NCBI GenBank assembly: GCA_049516875.1
Contig: JBEKSS010000001.1
Coordinates: 448,001 to 512,000 of the forward strand
DNA from: Candidatus Bathyarchaeia archaeon
GTDB lineage: Archaea > Thermoproteota > Bathyarchaeia > Bathyarchaeales > Bathycorpusculaceae
Length of the DNA: 64,000 bases
Reading direction: 5' to 3'
Positions 1 to 9,967 of this stretch are shown piece after piece. The position numbers were made by a program, and so were the translations under genes. The notes under the pieces were generated by a model. It was not told where the DNA came from, did not search any database, and saw only the letters and a program-made list of their open reading frames with translations. Numbering within the stretch: position 1 is the stretch's first letter; each line of letters opens with the position of its first letter.

Positions 1-1478
1 CCAGCGTACATGAGACTGGTGCCCCAGAACCCACCCCGAGCTTCCTTCAGAGCTAGTGAATTAAGAATAGTTGTAAGCAGGATTATGAAGACGTTTCCTA
101 TGTTTATTACATCGGTTGGTATCGTCCCGAACGTGAAGTAAGGTACCGACGTTAGGGTCTGGGAGAAGTACTTGGTCAAGAAGGTTAAGATTGTCAGCAG
201 AGCGACGGTGATGGGTTGAAGAAGATATGTCGTCGCTTCTATGCTCGAAGCCACTGCCGCTCTTTTCTTCCTAAACTCCAGATTCTTCACACAGTTGTTC
301 CCCAAGATTTTGCCCACTTCCAAAAGATCAGCACCGTAGTTGAACGCGTCTAAGAACATCTTGTTCGTCATATAGACAGAATATGATGCAGCTTCTGAAG
401 ACAACAGGCTCAAGGTCTTGGTGTTGTCTATACCAACCTTGACCCTTGCATAAGCCCGCCTCAACAAATCTTTGAGACGACCAAGTTCCAGGTACAGAAC
501 GTAGGAAAGAGCATTCTGCAGACTTGATGACGATGACATGTTTTCGCCTAGACCCTTGATAAGCGTAGGATAGTTTTCATTGACTTTAACAACGAACGTT
601 TCAAATCTGTAAGCAAAAAATCCCGGGAGCAGAAACGCTAAGCCGCATACGAAAAAGCCGTACGGGTAGCCGAATATTATGCTAACCAGCACCGCGGGCA
701 CTATGCACGCAAAGGCAATCGGCAAAGTCACTTTGAAGCGCGTATACATTTTAGGCGGCATATTCTTGTCAATGTGGACAAGAACATCCTTAGGCACAAC
801 AGCTCTAAGGCCGAGATACATCAATATAAGACATGCGGCTGCCACAAAGTATCCGAAATAGACAATGCTGGGCGCATTAGTGAAAACGACGAGTATGTCC
901 AATATCAGGATTATGAATACTGAAACGCTTGAGAGCGTACTGTAGACACCGCCAAGCATGTCAATAGACTTTATCGCCCTTTCATAGTAACCGGAATACT
1001 CTTCAACCATCGTTGACGATTCTAACTCTAGGAAACTCTTGGGGCGTGTCGACGAAAAAGCTTGTTGACATCTGATTAAAACATCCTTGAATGGCGGCTT
1101 AGTTGTGTTCGCCATTTCAGACGTGGCCTTGGTAACTCCGTAACCGTATTCCTTTGCTAGTTTGCGGATTCCGCTGAAGACTTCACTGTAATAACCATAG
1201 TCCTTTGTTTCCGCAATGGTTTTGACAAGGTCATCTGGCGTAGTCTCACCGTGGGAAATTGAATACATATGAAGAAGTAATGTGACAAGCTGCTCGTCAA
1301 TCTTCGTGGGAATTTTCTTTCTGATGAAGAACAGCAGAAATACTAGAGTGCAAGCTACTGAATTTACTGCAATAAGGCTTACAATATCGCTCCTAGTAAA
1401 CAGGTACAGCGAGACTAGGACATTAATTACCAGAATTAGCCCTATCTGCTTTTTCAACGAGATTAGTCTGACAGCCAT
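1..1478 (-). CDS. flaJ: Archaellum membrane platform protein ArlJ/FlaJ (3' end outside window)
   Basis: Not in ORF track. ATG at 1478 overlaps the flaI end; reads MAVRLISLKKQIG...KIDEQLVTLLLHMYSISHG...KEYGYGVTKA with many hydrophobic segments; directly downstream of flaI. Confidence 0.85.
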   Translation of the reverse strand, partial: MAVRLISLKKQIGLILVINVLVSLYLFTRSDIVSLIAVNSVACTLVFLLFFIRKKIPTKIDEQLVTLLLHMYSISHGETTPDDLVKTIAETKDYGYYSEVFSGIRKLAKEYGYGVTKATSEMANTTKPPFKDVLIRCQQAFSSTRPKSFLELESSTMVEEYSGYYERAIKSIDMLGGVYSTLSSVSVFIILILDILVVFTNAPSIVYFGYFVAAACLILMYLGLRAVVPKDVLVHIDKNMPPKMYTRFKVTLPIAFACIVPAVLVSIIFGYPYGFFVCGLAFLLPGFFAYRFETFVVKVNENYPTLIKGLGENMSSSSSLQNALSYVLYLELGRLKDLLRRAYARVKVGIDNTKTLSLLSSEAASYSVYMTNKMFLDAFNYGADLLEVGKILGNNCVKNLEFRKKRAAVASSIEATTYLLQPITVALLTILTFLTKYFSQTLTSVPYFTFGTIPTDVINIGNVFIILLTTILNSLALKEARGGFWGTSLMYA

Positions 1479-3202
1479 GTGAATTGTCCCTCTTTGACTT
1501 TTCTGTACACTTCTTCCACACCGACACTCTCAACTTCTATTACTGTATTCCATACATCTTTGAATCGAGGATGTTTGTCAGCCAGGGCCGTCAGTATCGC
1601 TGCACGCATTTTGAGCTCCTCATACAGCTCAGGAAGCCTTTCTGGAGGCCAGCCTCTGTAAGGAAGAATCTTTGCTTCCAAAAGAAAGCTTGTGCCTGAA
1701 AAGCGCAACAAGTCTTCGTCTGAATCGAAAGTGAAGATAGGCAGAAAGTTAAGCTGGCCTTCCTCTTGGTCGTAGTTTATGATCTCGTTAACAGAAGTTA
1801 CTCTTCTAACCAGTTTAAGTCCCCTCTTGATCCTATTCTGAAAAATAGCCACGTTCAGGCCGTTCATGTGGGACTTTGGAACGTCTATAGGGGATGAAGT
1901 CAATCTTTGAAAAAGCGTCTGCAGGTCTCCAGCGTGTATCGTGGACACCACTGGGTGACCGGTTTCGATAGCTTGAAAGGCTATCTGACCTTCCTCACCC
2001 CTAATCTCTCCCACAATTATCTGATCAGGCCTTTGCCTTAGAGCCGCCTTCAGTAGGTCAAACATGGTTACTTTGCTTCCGGTGTGCAGTCTAGTGACTT
2101 CTCTCACCCAGTTTCTATGAGCCAAGTTCACTTCAGGCGTTTCTTCAATGCTTACAATTTTTGCATCCGGCTTAATGAGCCCTACGAAGGCGTTCAGGCT
2201 TGTTGTCTTTCCTGACGCAGTTTCTCCGCACATGAAGAAAGAGATTCCCATCTCCAGAAGAATCCACATATAAGCCCCCAACTCAGCTGACATGGTTTTC
2301 CACTTTATACAGTGCGCCACCGAGATTGGTTCTTTTGGAAACTTTCGTATCGTGAAATTGCTCCCTTTGATGCTTATGTCCTCGCCAAAAACAATGTTGA
2401 ACCTAGACCCATCTTCCAGGTGTACGTCCAGAATGGGGTTAGTGTAGCTTAGAACTTTGCCGTGTCTTTCAGCCAATCCTCTCAACAAGCTTTCCCCATC
2501 TTCCAAAGAGATATTGGTGTTACTTTCAAGCGCGCCGAAGAACTTGTGATAGACGTATACGTGACCCGCTCCCGGCACACTTATGTCTTCAAGCCAAGGA
2601 TCTGCAAGGAAATCGTCAAGTACACCGTGACCCACCTTCTCCCTCAGAAAGTGGTATAGAACGTTCTTTTGCTTACCTGGAGGCAACTTCAGTGTTCTCT
2701 TCTTGACCGCTTCCTTGAACAGCTTCTCAATGAGCCTTTCCTTTTCCTTTGCACCTTCAGCAACGATTGTCTTTTCTGTTATTGCCTTTGCAATCGCGTC
2801 CTCAACCTGTTCGAGAATTTTTCTGGGCGGTTTCTCAGGCTCGATGATATTGTATTTACCGTATTCTCCTCCAAATTTTATATGAACAAACGCACCTAGC
2901 CCAATTGGATAGACGATATCCAAAACAAACGCTGCAGACATCAAATCAGAACCACTCCCAACCATACTCGGGTCAATAACATATTCTGGCGTGATCCCTG
3001 CAGCCTCAACGTACGATTTCAAATACGGATACTTCTCATAGGCCTCTTCGAGAGTCTTCGGTAGTTCCAAGTCGTATAAACTTACAAACTTTGCCTTTTC
3101 ATTCCTCTTTTTCTTGTCACTTTTGGGGACCTGGACTTGGATCGTTTCTTGACCCGCATTTTGATTAGGCTTAGTCTTTGAAGTGGAGAAAGGGAGTTTC
3201 AT
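1463..3202 (-). CDS. flaI: Archaellum assembly/motor ATPase ArlI/FlaI
   Basis: Walker A GETASGKTT, IEETPE, ALRQRPDQIIVGEIRG, His box GHPVVSTIHA; operon context. Confidence 0.95.
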   Translation of the reverse strand: MKLPFSTSKTKPNQNAGQETIQVQVPKSDKKKRNEKAKFVSLYDLELPKTLEEAYEKYPYLKSYVEAAGITPEYVIDPSMVGSGSDLMSAAFVLDIVYPIGLGAFVHIKFGGEYGKYNIIEPEKPPRKILEQVEDAIAKAITEKTIVAEGAKEKERLIEKLFKEAVKKRTLKLPPGKQKNVLYHFLREKVGHGVLDDFLADPWLEDISVPGAGHVYVYHKFFGALESNTNISLEDGESLLRGLAERHGKVLSYTNPILDVHLEDGSRFNIVFGEDISIKGSNFTIRKFPKEPISVAHCIKWKTMSAELGAYMWILLEMGISFFMCGETASGKTTSLNAFVGLIKPDAKIVSIEETPEVNLAHRNWVREVTRLHTGSKVTMFDLLKAALRQRPDQIIVGEIRGEEGQIAFQAIETGHPVVSTIHAGDLQTLFQRLTSSPIDVPKSHMNGLNVAIFQNRIKRGLKLVRRVTSVNEIINYDQEEGQLNFLPIFTFDSDEDLLRFSGTSFLLEAKILPYRGWPPERLPELYEELKMRAAILTALADKHPRFKDVWNTVIEVESVGVEEVYRKVKEGQFTWLSD

Positions 3203-3931
3203 TTAGATCTTTACACCACCAAGAGGCAGCACTCTTAAGCCGAGGTGCGGGTTGACTTCCAAACTCACTGATTCCTTCCGGTCACCACTGGTTCCCCACA
3301 GTTTGACGATTTTCAGCACTTTAACCTGGACACCTGCGACTTTAGCGTTCGAAATCCGAAAGTAGACATCTGATGAGGCTTTAAGCTTCATGCTGGAATT
3401 TTCCGGCAAGAAATTCGGATGGAAGGTTAGAATTATTGTTTTTCCAATCGAAACCAGATTCTTCATTCTTGTGATGAACGTTAGAAACACGTGTGGTGGA
3501 GTGTCAGCTGCTAACATGCTAAGGCTGTCGATGACAATGAAGTCATATCTTTTCTTGTACATCTCGAGAAAGTTTCTCGTAACCTTGAAGAACATCGATG
3601 ACAGAAACTGGCTCCATTTGCCTCCTTCGACATGTAATGCGAACACATCCAGCTTTGCACTTACGTAGTACGGATAAGGATCTATTTTTATTGATTTCAT
3701 CATCCCAAGATACTCTTTGGCCGTTGTCTCGCTCGTTATGACGCAAACCCTGAAGCCTGCTTTCAACGCAGAGTACACTATCTGCTGGGTGAGCGCAGTC
3801 TTTCCAGAGCCAAAATCCCCCTCAATCGACGCTAGGCAAGGATACGGAAAGCCTCCGCCTAGACTTTTGTCAAGATCCTTTATGCCTAATGATATTACAG
3901 TCATGTCTGAACTCCCTCTAACACTCTTCAA
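3203..3931 (-). CDS. flaH: Archaellum KaiC/RecA-like ATPase ArlH/FlaH
   Basis: LGGGFP, GDFGSGKT, IVIDSLS, ILTFHP motifs; abuts flaI; true start may be the ATG near 3904. Confidence 0.92.
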   Translation of the reverse strand: MKSVRGSSDMTVISLGIKDLDKSLGGGFPYPCLASIEGDFGSGKTALTQQIVYSALKAGFRVCVITSETTAKEYLGMMKSIKIDPYPYYVSAKLDVFALHVEGGKWSQFLSSMFFKVTRNFLEMYKKRYDFIVIDSLSMLAADTPPHVFLTFITRMKNLVSIGKTIILTFHPNFLPENSSMKLKASSDVYFRISNAKVAGVQVKVLKIVKLWGTSGDRKESVSLEVNPHLGLRVLPLGGVKI

Positions 3932-4052
3932 CTATTATTCATGAACTCGAAGTCATATTGCAGGGCGATAAACGTTCGAACAGTCGAAACATCTCTCACA
4001 TCGCCACCTTCCACGCCCTTTTCGTGCCAGATTAGTTTCCTTTTCTTAGTCA

Positions 4053-4121
4053 GACTCCGACTTCAAATCCAGATTGTCAGTTCACAAGCTTCGACGAAAC
4101 AACTATTTGACCCTTCTGAAC
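4053..4121 (-). promoter_or_regulatory. Duplicated upstream element of archaellum transcription units (copy 1, before flaH)
   Basis: aaatccagattgtcagttcacaagcttcga...tatttgacccttctgaac; near-identical to 8004-8068. Confidence 0.6.
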
Positions 4122-4141
4122 CACAAATACATATTAAAAAT

Positions 4142-5842
4142 TCAGATCGCGAGTTTTCTTCTCTTGCATGATGCTCTTATTCCAAATACAACCGCAAGTA
4201 ATGTCATCATGATGAACAACAATGGCGTTTGCAATGGGGAAAACTCCGGCACAACTGTATATACGTAGTATTGTCCTTGGTTGTCTGCAATTTTCTTGTT
4301 TCCAGCCTTGTCATACACGAGTATTCTGTACTCTACTTGAGTATTCGCTTGTTGTCCAGGAACACTGCACTCGTACAAACCCGTAGCAGGATTAAAGGAC
4401 ATTTGGAAGTCAAACCAGGAGCCGTTGCTGTTCATAGTGTATGACAATATTACATTTTTGACACCGCTTCCGGCATCGGTAGCGTTCACCAAGATTTTTG
4501 TTCCTTGCATGGGCTGAACTTCATTCTCAGGTATGCGCGATACATTTTCAATCACCGGAGCAGTCGTGTCAAGCATCGCGTTGGCCGAATACGTGTCAGA
4601 GACTAGTGCGGCATTGTCCATGAATTGGGCATAGACTGTTTTTGGTCCGTCACCAGATACGAGTGACCAGTTCCTTGAAGAATTGAAGGCGTCCCAATCA
4701 GACCATGTCATATTGTCATTGCTGAAATGCATTTGAGCAACACTCGAAACAGCGTCACTTGCGAAAAGCGTCAAGATGACCGACGTTGAGTTCACGTAGG
4801 TCAGATTTCCGCCAATAAATATGGAACCGGTGGGCGGAGTCCTGTCAAGCTTTATTCCAGTCAAGACGTTGTGAGGAAGTTCTTCGTTGCCTACATTGTC
4901 TACGCTCCAATATTCCAGCGTGTTGTTGGCGCTTTCCAGAGTGATTTGCGGTTGGTCGTTTGTGCTTACGTTTTGTGTTTGGCCGTTGTTGACTCGGTAG
5001 TAAGTTTCTGCTACACCTGATTCATTGTCGGTAGCCGTGAGCGTTATGGTGAAGTTTGAGGTGTGCCATTTTCCGTCATAGTCGTTGTTTGTGATTGGTG
5101 GGGTCGTGTCGTTTGCGACCGTAAAATTAGCTGAGTCTTCGATTGTCTGTCCGAGAATTGTTGTCTGTGCCGTAGCCGTGTACTGTCCGTATTGCTCGGG
5201 CAGATAGAACGTAATGATGAGCTGCCCCTGGGCATCTGTAAGGTTATTCTGCACTAGGATCGTAGTGCCGTTCGGAGCTGTGACCTGAAGCGACACGTTC
5301 ATTGAGGATATTGGCGCACTGTTATTCTGAATTGTAGCTGTAAGAGTTGCCTGTTCTGCCATGCTGTAGTTCTGTTTGTTGCTTTCTACGCGTATCTCAT
5401 AGGTGTCGATTCTGTACAATGTGACGTTGTAGATGTCTATGCTGTAGTATTCATAGTTTACCAAGGAGAAATACCATGTGCCTGTCGTTGGGATGGTGTA
5501 GTTTCTGTCGAGTACCGTTGCATTCTCTGACCAGTGGGCAGAAACGTTCAACCAATTAGAAGCATTGCTCTGAGCGTATTCCCACGAGTTCTGGCAGAAG
5601 AAGGAAATCTGTTCTGAAGCATTGAACACGATTCTGACATTCGATCCTGTGGCCAGTTCTGTGAACGGAGACCAAGCTTGTCTTGGTGGAATGGAGAATG
5701 AATAAAAGAAGAGCTGAGTTTCTATCGACGTTGCGTTCTTTGTCATGGCTAAGGACAAAGCAGACCCATGGGCTAACAATCCGGCAAACAATATCGCAAA
5801 AGTAGTAATAAGGGCTAGTGACTTCAGCAAATTTTCTACCAA
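4142..5842 (-). CDS. Secreted Ig-like repeat surface glycoprotein with PEF-CTERM anchor
   Basis: Signal peptide, many N-x-S/T sites, DTTPP/DRTPP/DTTAP Ig-domain linkers, C-terminal VVPEF + TM + basic tail. Confidence 0.8.
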   Translation of the reverse strand: MVENLLKSLALITTFAILFAGLLAHGSALSLAMTKNATSIETQLFFYSFSIPPRQAWSPFTELATGSNVRIVFNASEQISFFCQNSWEYAQSNASNWLNVSAHWSENATVLDRNYTIPTTGTWYFSLVNYEYYSIDIYNVTLYRIDTYEIRVESNKQNYSMAEQATLTATIQNNSAPISSMNVSLQVTAPNGTTILVQNNLTDAQGQLIITFYLPEQYGQYTATAQTTILGQTIEDSANFTVANDTTPPITNNDYDGKWHTSNFTITLTATDNESGVAETYYRVNNGQTQNVSTNDQPQITLESANNTLEYWSVDNVGNEELPHNVLTGIKLDRTPPTGSIFIGGNLTYVNSTSVILTLFASDAVSSVAQMHFSNDNMTWSDWDAFNSSRNWSLVSGDGPKTVYAQFMDNAALVSDTYSANAMLDTTAPVIENVSRIPENEVQPMQGTKILVNATDAGSGVKNVILSYTMNSNGSWFDFQMSFNPATGLYECSVPGQQANTQVEYRILVYDKAGNKKIADNQGQYYVYTVVPEFSPLQTPLLFIMMTLLAVVFGIRASCKRRKLAI

Positions 5843-6005
5843 GGTAGATTATCTCTGTCTACAAATATAGTTTACGAAGTGGGCCTTCGTTCTCTCAGAG
5901 GCGACCTAAGCCTAAGCCGAGAGAATAGGCCCATTCTTGCTCGTAGTACATGGCCTGTGCCGGAAGAGGAGGAAGGATCCGTTTTCGGGTTTGTCAATCG
6001 CACTG

Positions 6006-6614
6006 TTAGCCAACGTAGCCCACAGCTATACCTGCTGGAGGACCTGACAGTCCGCCTACCATGCCTAGAGTACGTTCGCCGTATTGGTTTACGAAAATTT
6101 CTTGTTCAGCACTTATTCCATAGTGGGTAGCGAAGACCACTGTAATGACGCTGTTTGTGAGTATGTCTGGTGCAGACGTTGGCAATTGCACGTTTATGAG
6201 TGCCTGTTCTCCAGGCTTGATGCTCTGATGAGACGCAACGTCAAACGATTCGTTGGTGCCAGTAGCATTGATAGCCAGAACTGTATAGTTCTCTATCAAG
6301 TATGTTTGCCAATTAGTAGTGTTGTACGTGCTTGTGTTATACGTGATTATGACGCTGTTCCACGCGAACGTCTCATTCCTAAGGAAAATGTCTCTGGAAC
6401 CAGTGTTTTGCACAGAAAAATTGAGCGATCTGTTTTCTACACTTGTGATTGTGAGCCCGAGTTCGACGCTGAGTCTGATGCTGTCACTTGATGTGGAGTT
6501 CACTAGGGACCCTACGTTGTTCATGGTTGTAAGCAGCGCGGTTGAGACTGCCCCAATAAAGGCTATCCAACCTACTAAGACAATTGCTGAAGCTATCGAT
6601 ACTGAGAGCCCCAC
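6006..6614 (-). CDS. flaF: Archaellum stator protein ArlF/FlaF
   Basis: MGLSVSIASAIVL N-terminal TM, VQNTGS, PGE, FATHYG motifs; next to flaG. Confidence 0.8.
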   Translation of the reverse strand: MGLSVSIASAIVLVGWIAFIGAVSTALLTTMNNVGSLVNSTSSDSIRLSVELGLTITSVENRSLNFSVQNTGSRDIFLRNETFAWNSVIITYNTSTYNTTNWQTYLIENYTVLAINATGTNESFDVASHQSIKPGEQALINVQLPTSAPDILTNSVITVVFATHYGISAEQEIFVNQYGERTLGMVGGLSGPPAGIAVGYVG

Positions 6615-6628
6615 TGATAATCACCATT

Positions 6629-7126
6629 CTAGGGAGGTGAAAACATGTAGCTGCTGGAAATCCCCCTGTATGGGACGACTTTTGCCTCGTAAAGGCTGCC
6701 GGACACGTTTGTCGCAGGGTAAACCTGTATTATGGCGGCTTCTCCTATCTCAACAACGCCGTTTCCGTTTGCGTCAGTCATATTGAACTGTCCGCTTCCC
6801 GTGCTCGCGTTTGAACTGTAGGAGTAAAACATGGCCTGACCGTAACTACCGACGTAGACGCTGATAAGATCAAAGTCTGAAATTGAAAGACTTCCAGTGT
6901 TTTTTAAGTATATTGTGAACAGAGGACTTGGATCTGATGTCTGGTTAACGACCGCGTAGACTATGTCCAAGCGGGTGTCCATGCTCTTCTTAGCATTGTC
7001 AAGGTTTTGCATTATGTTGCTCTGAAGGGACGTCCCAGCGTATATCGCATAGGCTGCAAATCCGCTTGCCAGAACGACGGATGCGATCACCATTATTGCT
7101 TCGGTTATTGTAAGCGAAAATCCCAT
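6629..7126 (-). CDS. flaG: Archaellum protein ArlG/FlaG
   Basis: TITEAIMVIASVVLAS, YLKNTGS, VYVGSYG, NGVVEIGE motifs. Confidence 0.85.
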   Translation of the reverse strand: MGFSLTITEAIMVIASVVLASGFAAYAIYAGTSLQSNIMQNLDNAKKSMDTRLDIVYAVVNQTSDPSPLFTIYLKNTGSLSISDFDLISVYVGSYGQAMFYSYSSNASTGSGQFNMTDANGNGVVEIGEAAIIQVYPATNVSGSLYEAKVVPYRGISSSYMFSPP

Positions 7127-7990
7127 TTACGGCTCTCCAGCCTTGCATTTCTTCAACACACGCATTATGAGCCCGCTCAGATCCTGTGGGTCCATTTTTA
7201 CACCTGAAGCGTGCGCTGCGCCGTAGATGCTGAGAATCACTTCTTCAGCTGATAGGTTCTGAGATCTTGCTCTGACGACGGCGCCAACCAAGTTTGACAC
7301 GTGCTCACTGTATCCTTTTGGCATGAAATCGGAGAACTCGCAATAGTCACATATTCTGTGTATACTCTCTTCGTCAAAGCCTAAGTCTAGCATCGTGTAA
7401 ACCCACTGCACGATTGAAGTCCCTTTGTTCACGCTGCCCATCCCTTCCAAGGGATTATCAATCATCCTTTCTTTCCCTCCTCCAACTTGTTTTTCCGCAG
7501 TGAACTTGTTCTCAGGCTTCTCAATCTCAGAGGCTGCCGACAAGTCAGCAGCATCTTTTGTTTCAACGTAACTTTCAACGACGAAACCAAGTTCTCCTTC
7601 AGCCTTTTTAGGCTCGCATGCTGCAGACATCTGTGCTCCTGCGGCACTCTTTGCTTCTTTTCCCCCTGCTTGCTCCTTTGCCAAGAGTCTATTTTCAATG
7701 ATTGGTTTTGCTTGAACTACTTTGTTGAGGTCTTCCTCGCTTGTGATAAGCTGCAAAAGATTAAACGGGTTCTGAGATTCACTGATAAGGCTTCGAATAT
7801 CCACGATAGTATTCTTCAAATCCTCGACGGTATTCTTAAGGGTCATGAAATTGTCAACATCGACCTTGAGCTTCTTAACATCCTTCTCAACCTCTTCAAT
7901 CCTCGTACCATCGTTGGCAGCCGTATTTGGATTTCCACTCGCTACGACATTCGGATTCTCGCTCATACCATCACCTTCGATCCTGTTCAA
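7127..7990 (-). CDS. ArlC-ArlD/E-like cytoplasmic archaellum accessory protein
   Basis: N-terminal coiled coil ending in NPF, acidic linker, C-terminal WVYTMLDLG...ICDYCE domain resembling Arch_fla_DE; no TM; abuts flaG. Confidence 0.6.
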   Translation of the reverse strand: MNRIEGDGMSENPNVVASGNPNTAANDGTRIEEVEKDVKKLKVDVDNFMTLKNTVEDLKNTIVDIRSLISESQNPFNLLQLITSEEDLNKVVQAKPIIENRLLAKEQAGGKEAKSAAGAQMSAACEPKKAEGELGFVVESYVETKDAADLSAASEIEKPENKFTAEKQVGGGKERMIDNPLEGMGSVNKGTSIVQWVYTMLDLGFDEESIHRICDYCEFSDFMPKGYSEHVSNLVGAVVRARSQNLSAEEVILSIYGAAHASGVKMDPQDLSGLIMRVLKKCKAGEP

Positions 7991-8003
7991 ACATTCTTGA
8001 TTG

Positions 8004-8068
8004 GATTTCGACTCTAAATCCAGATTGACACTTCACAAGCTTCGAAGACCTATTTGACACTTCTGAAC
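8004..8068 (-). promoter_or_regulatory. Duplicated upstream element (copy 2, before arlCDE-G-F)
   Basis: Contains direct repeat TTGACACTTC at 8025-8034 and 8054-8063 (+ strand); matches 4053-4121. Confidence 0.6.
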
Positions 8069-8322
8069 TTGGAATATGAATCAGTAATACAGTTTAGCAG
8101 CTCGACCAACGCACTGTTCCAGAAGTCTTCTTTTTTCCGAAAACGCTGGATGTGAAGGAAGCTGAGCGCTGAAATCAACGCAGCTCAGCTAGCACGTGTT
8201 TCAGGAATATTGTTCAAAGAGAAAGATTACAGATTTTCACAGGAGATCTTGACAAGCTCTTCATAAGGTTCATACTTGCGGCTGCGATTACACTTGAGCT
8301 AGGGCAAGCCAAGCCCTAACAA

Positions 8323-8727
8323 ATGCCTAGAAGGATCCGACTAAAATTGATCACAAAGATTGCAACCATTTTCATCTCAATCGCCATAATTGCATGGGTA
8401 ACCGCTAGCATGCTAGTTCCTCACATCATTAGCCCACCCCCTCCGTCGACCCTACTGAACAAAACCGTCACCCTCACCGACGAAAACTACGAAGTAGGAT
8501 ATCCCCTCACGCTCAGAAAAGGTGAAAGAATTGACGTCAAAGCCTCAGGCAACGGCCAACCCATCGACTTCAGAATAACAGATAACGAGTCCTCAACGCT
8601 TATAGAAGAGACAGGAAACACGTTCTATGACGTGCCTTGGACGGCCCCTGCTGACGGCACCTACACATTCTATGTCAGCGCCAACGCGGGAGACGTCGTG
8701 GCCACGGTGATAGTGGTTAAAGGCTAA
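8323..8727 (+). CDS. Membrane-anchored small beta-sandwich (GOLD/PPC-like) protein
   Basis: N-terminal TM, poly-Pro linker, WTAPADGTYTFYV; TATA-like aaggtttcata upstream. Confidence 0.65.
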   Translation: MPRRIRLKLITKIATIFISIAIIAWVTASMLVPHIISPPPPSTLLNKTVTLTDENYEVGYPLTLRKGERIDVKASGNGQPIDFRITDNESSTLIEETGNTFYDVPWTAPADGTYTFYVSANAGDVVATVIVVKG

Positions 8728-9967
8728 TGTTTTTCCCATCTATCGTTCTCTAAATCGTTAACAGAAGGATCATTGATATGTAGTGAAAATTCATAAATTT
8801 CTTTAATACAGTGAGCCAACAAGAAAAAACTAAACACAACTCCAAGGTGAAAAAATGTCCGCGGAAGTCGTTGTCCCACGTCCGGTTGAGACCAAAAAAA
8901 ATAGCACAGGCGGAAGGTGCCTGTTGTGGCGAATGTGTCCTGTCGTCTCCCTGAAGGAGAAGGATTGCATCCACAAGGGCAGTCCATCTTGCAAAGAGTT
9001 CATCAGATGGCTGAACAACTCAGAAGGGCGGTACACGGGAGACCTGCGCTAACTAACGCATGACAACTGCCAAACCAGCAAGACTCAGGACAAACGCGCC
9101 CATACATCCTTTTTTTCTCACCTTGCAGACTAATTTCTCGCAAACGCAAGACCACGAGCCAACCCGAACATGACTTTGAGCCAGTAGGACACGTTCCAAA
9201 ACGAACCAATGAAGAGCCAAGGCAACTAAGCAAAGTTTGCCATCCAAAAAAAGAAAACCTTCATCCCAAACGTCTCCGAACACAGATAACTTCGTTCCCA
9301 GCCAGCCCCTTTTGAGCACTAAGATTCCTGATTCAGGCACTCTAAAGGAAGGACCCAAATTCCGACACGCGCTTATTCAGCAAGAACGCCGGTAGGCAAG
9401 ATCCAACACAAACCTTTCGGCATCAACGCCATGGAGAGCCTTCCATTCGTTGAATCATCATTATAATCCCTACAGCCAATGGCAAAATCGCTATGATGCA
9501 GCCGTCACTATCTATCTTAAACTATCACAAACATCACAACAGTCCAACGCTATCAGCAACGAGTAGACGCATGTGAGAGGTGTGGAGGTGAAAATTAAGG
9601 CCGCAACCGCTTTTAACACCTCTCGCACGGGCACCTGAGCTTTTGGCTGTGGACACGCAGACGATACAGAGCCATGGTTCACCAGTTTGGCAAGCCCGAA
9701 ATATATCTTTAATATTAATACTTAATAAGGATTCTCGTTGAGTTATACAACAGAAATACAGAAAGCCAAAATACACTCTAAAATGTCGACAGCACAAAGA
9801 GTAACCGTTTGTTTTTCATAAAGGAGACATAGAATCAGGCCACCTCACGGCTTGTTTTTCGTTCGGATAACCTCTTTCTATTGCAACTGAATCTGGATTG
9901 AAAATTAAGATTCCATATTCATAACTGATATCAATATAGAATCGAAAAGGTGACTTCGTGATAGCCT

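Noticed and set aside
9053-9358. 101 aa minus-strand ORF
   Set aside because: Low-complexity product of G/T skew with no motifs
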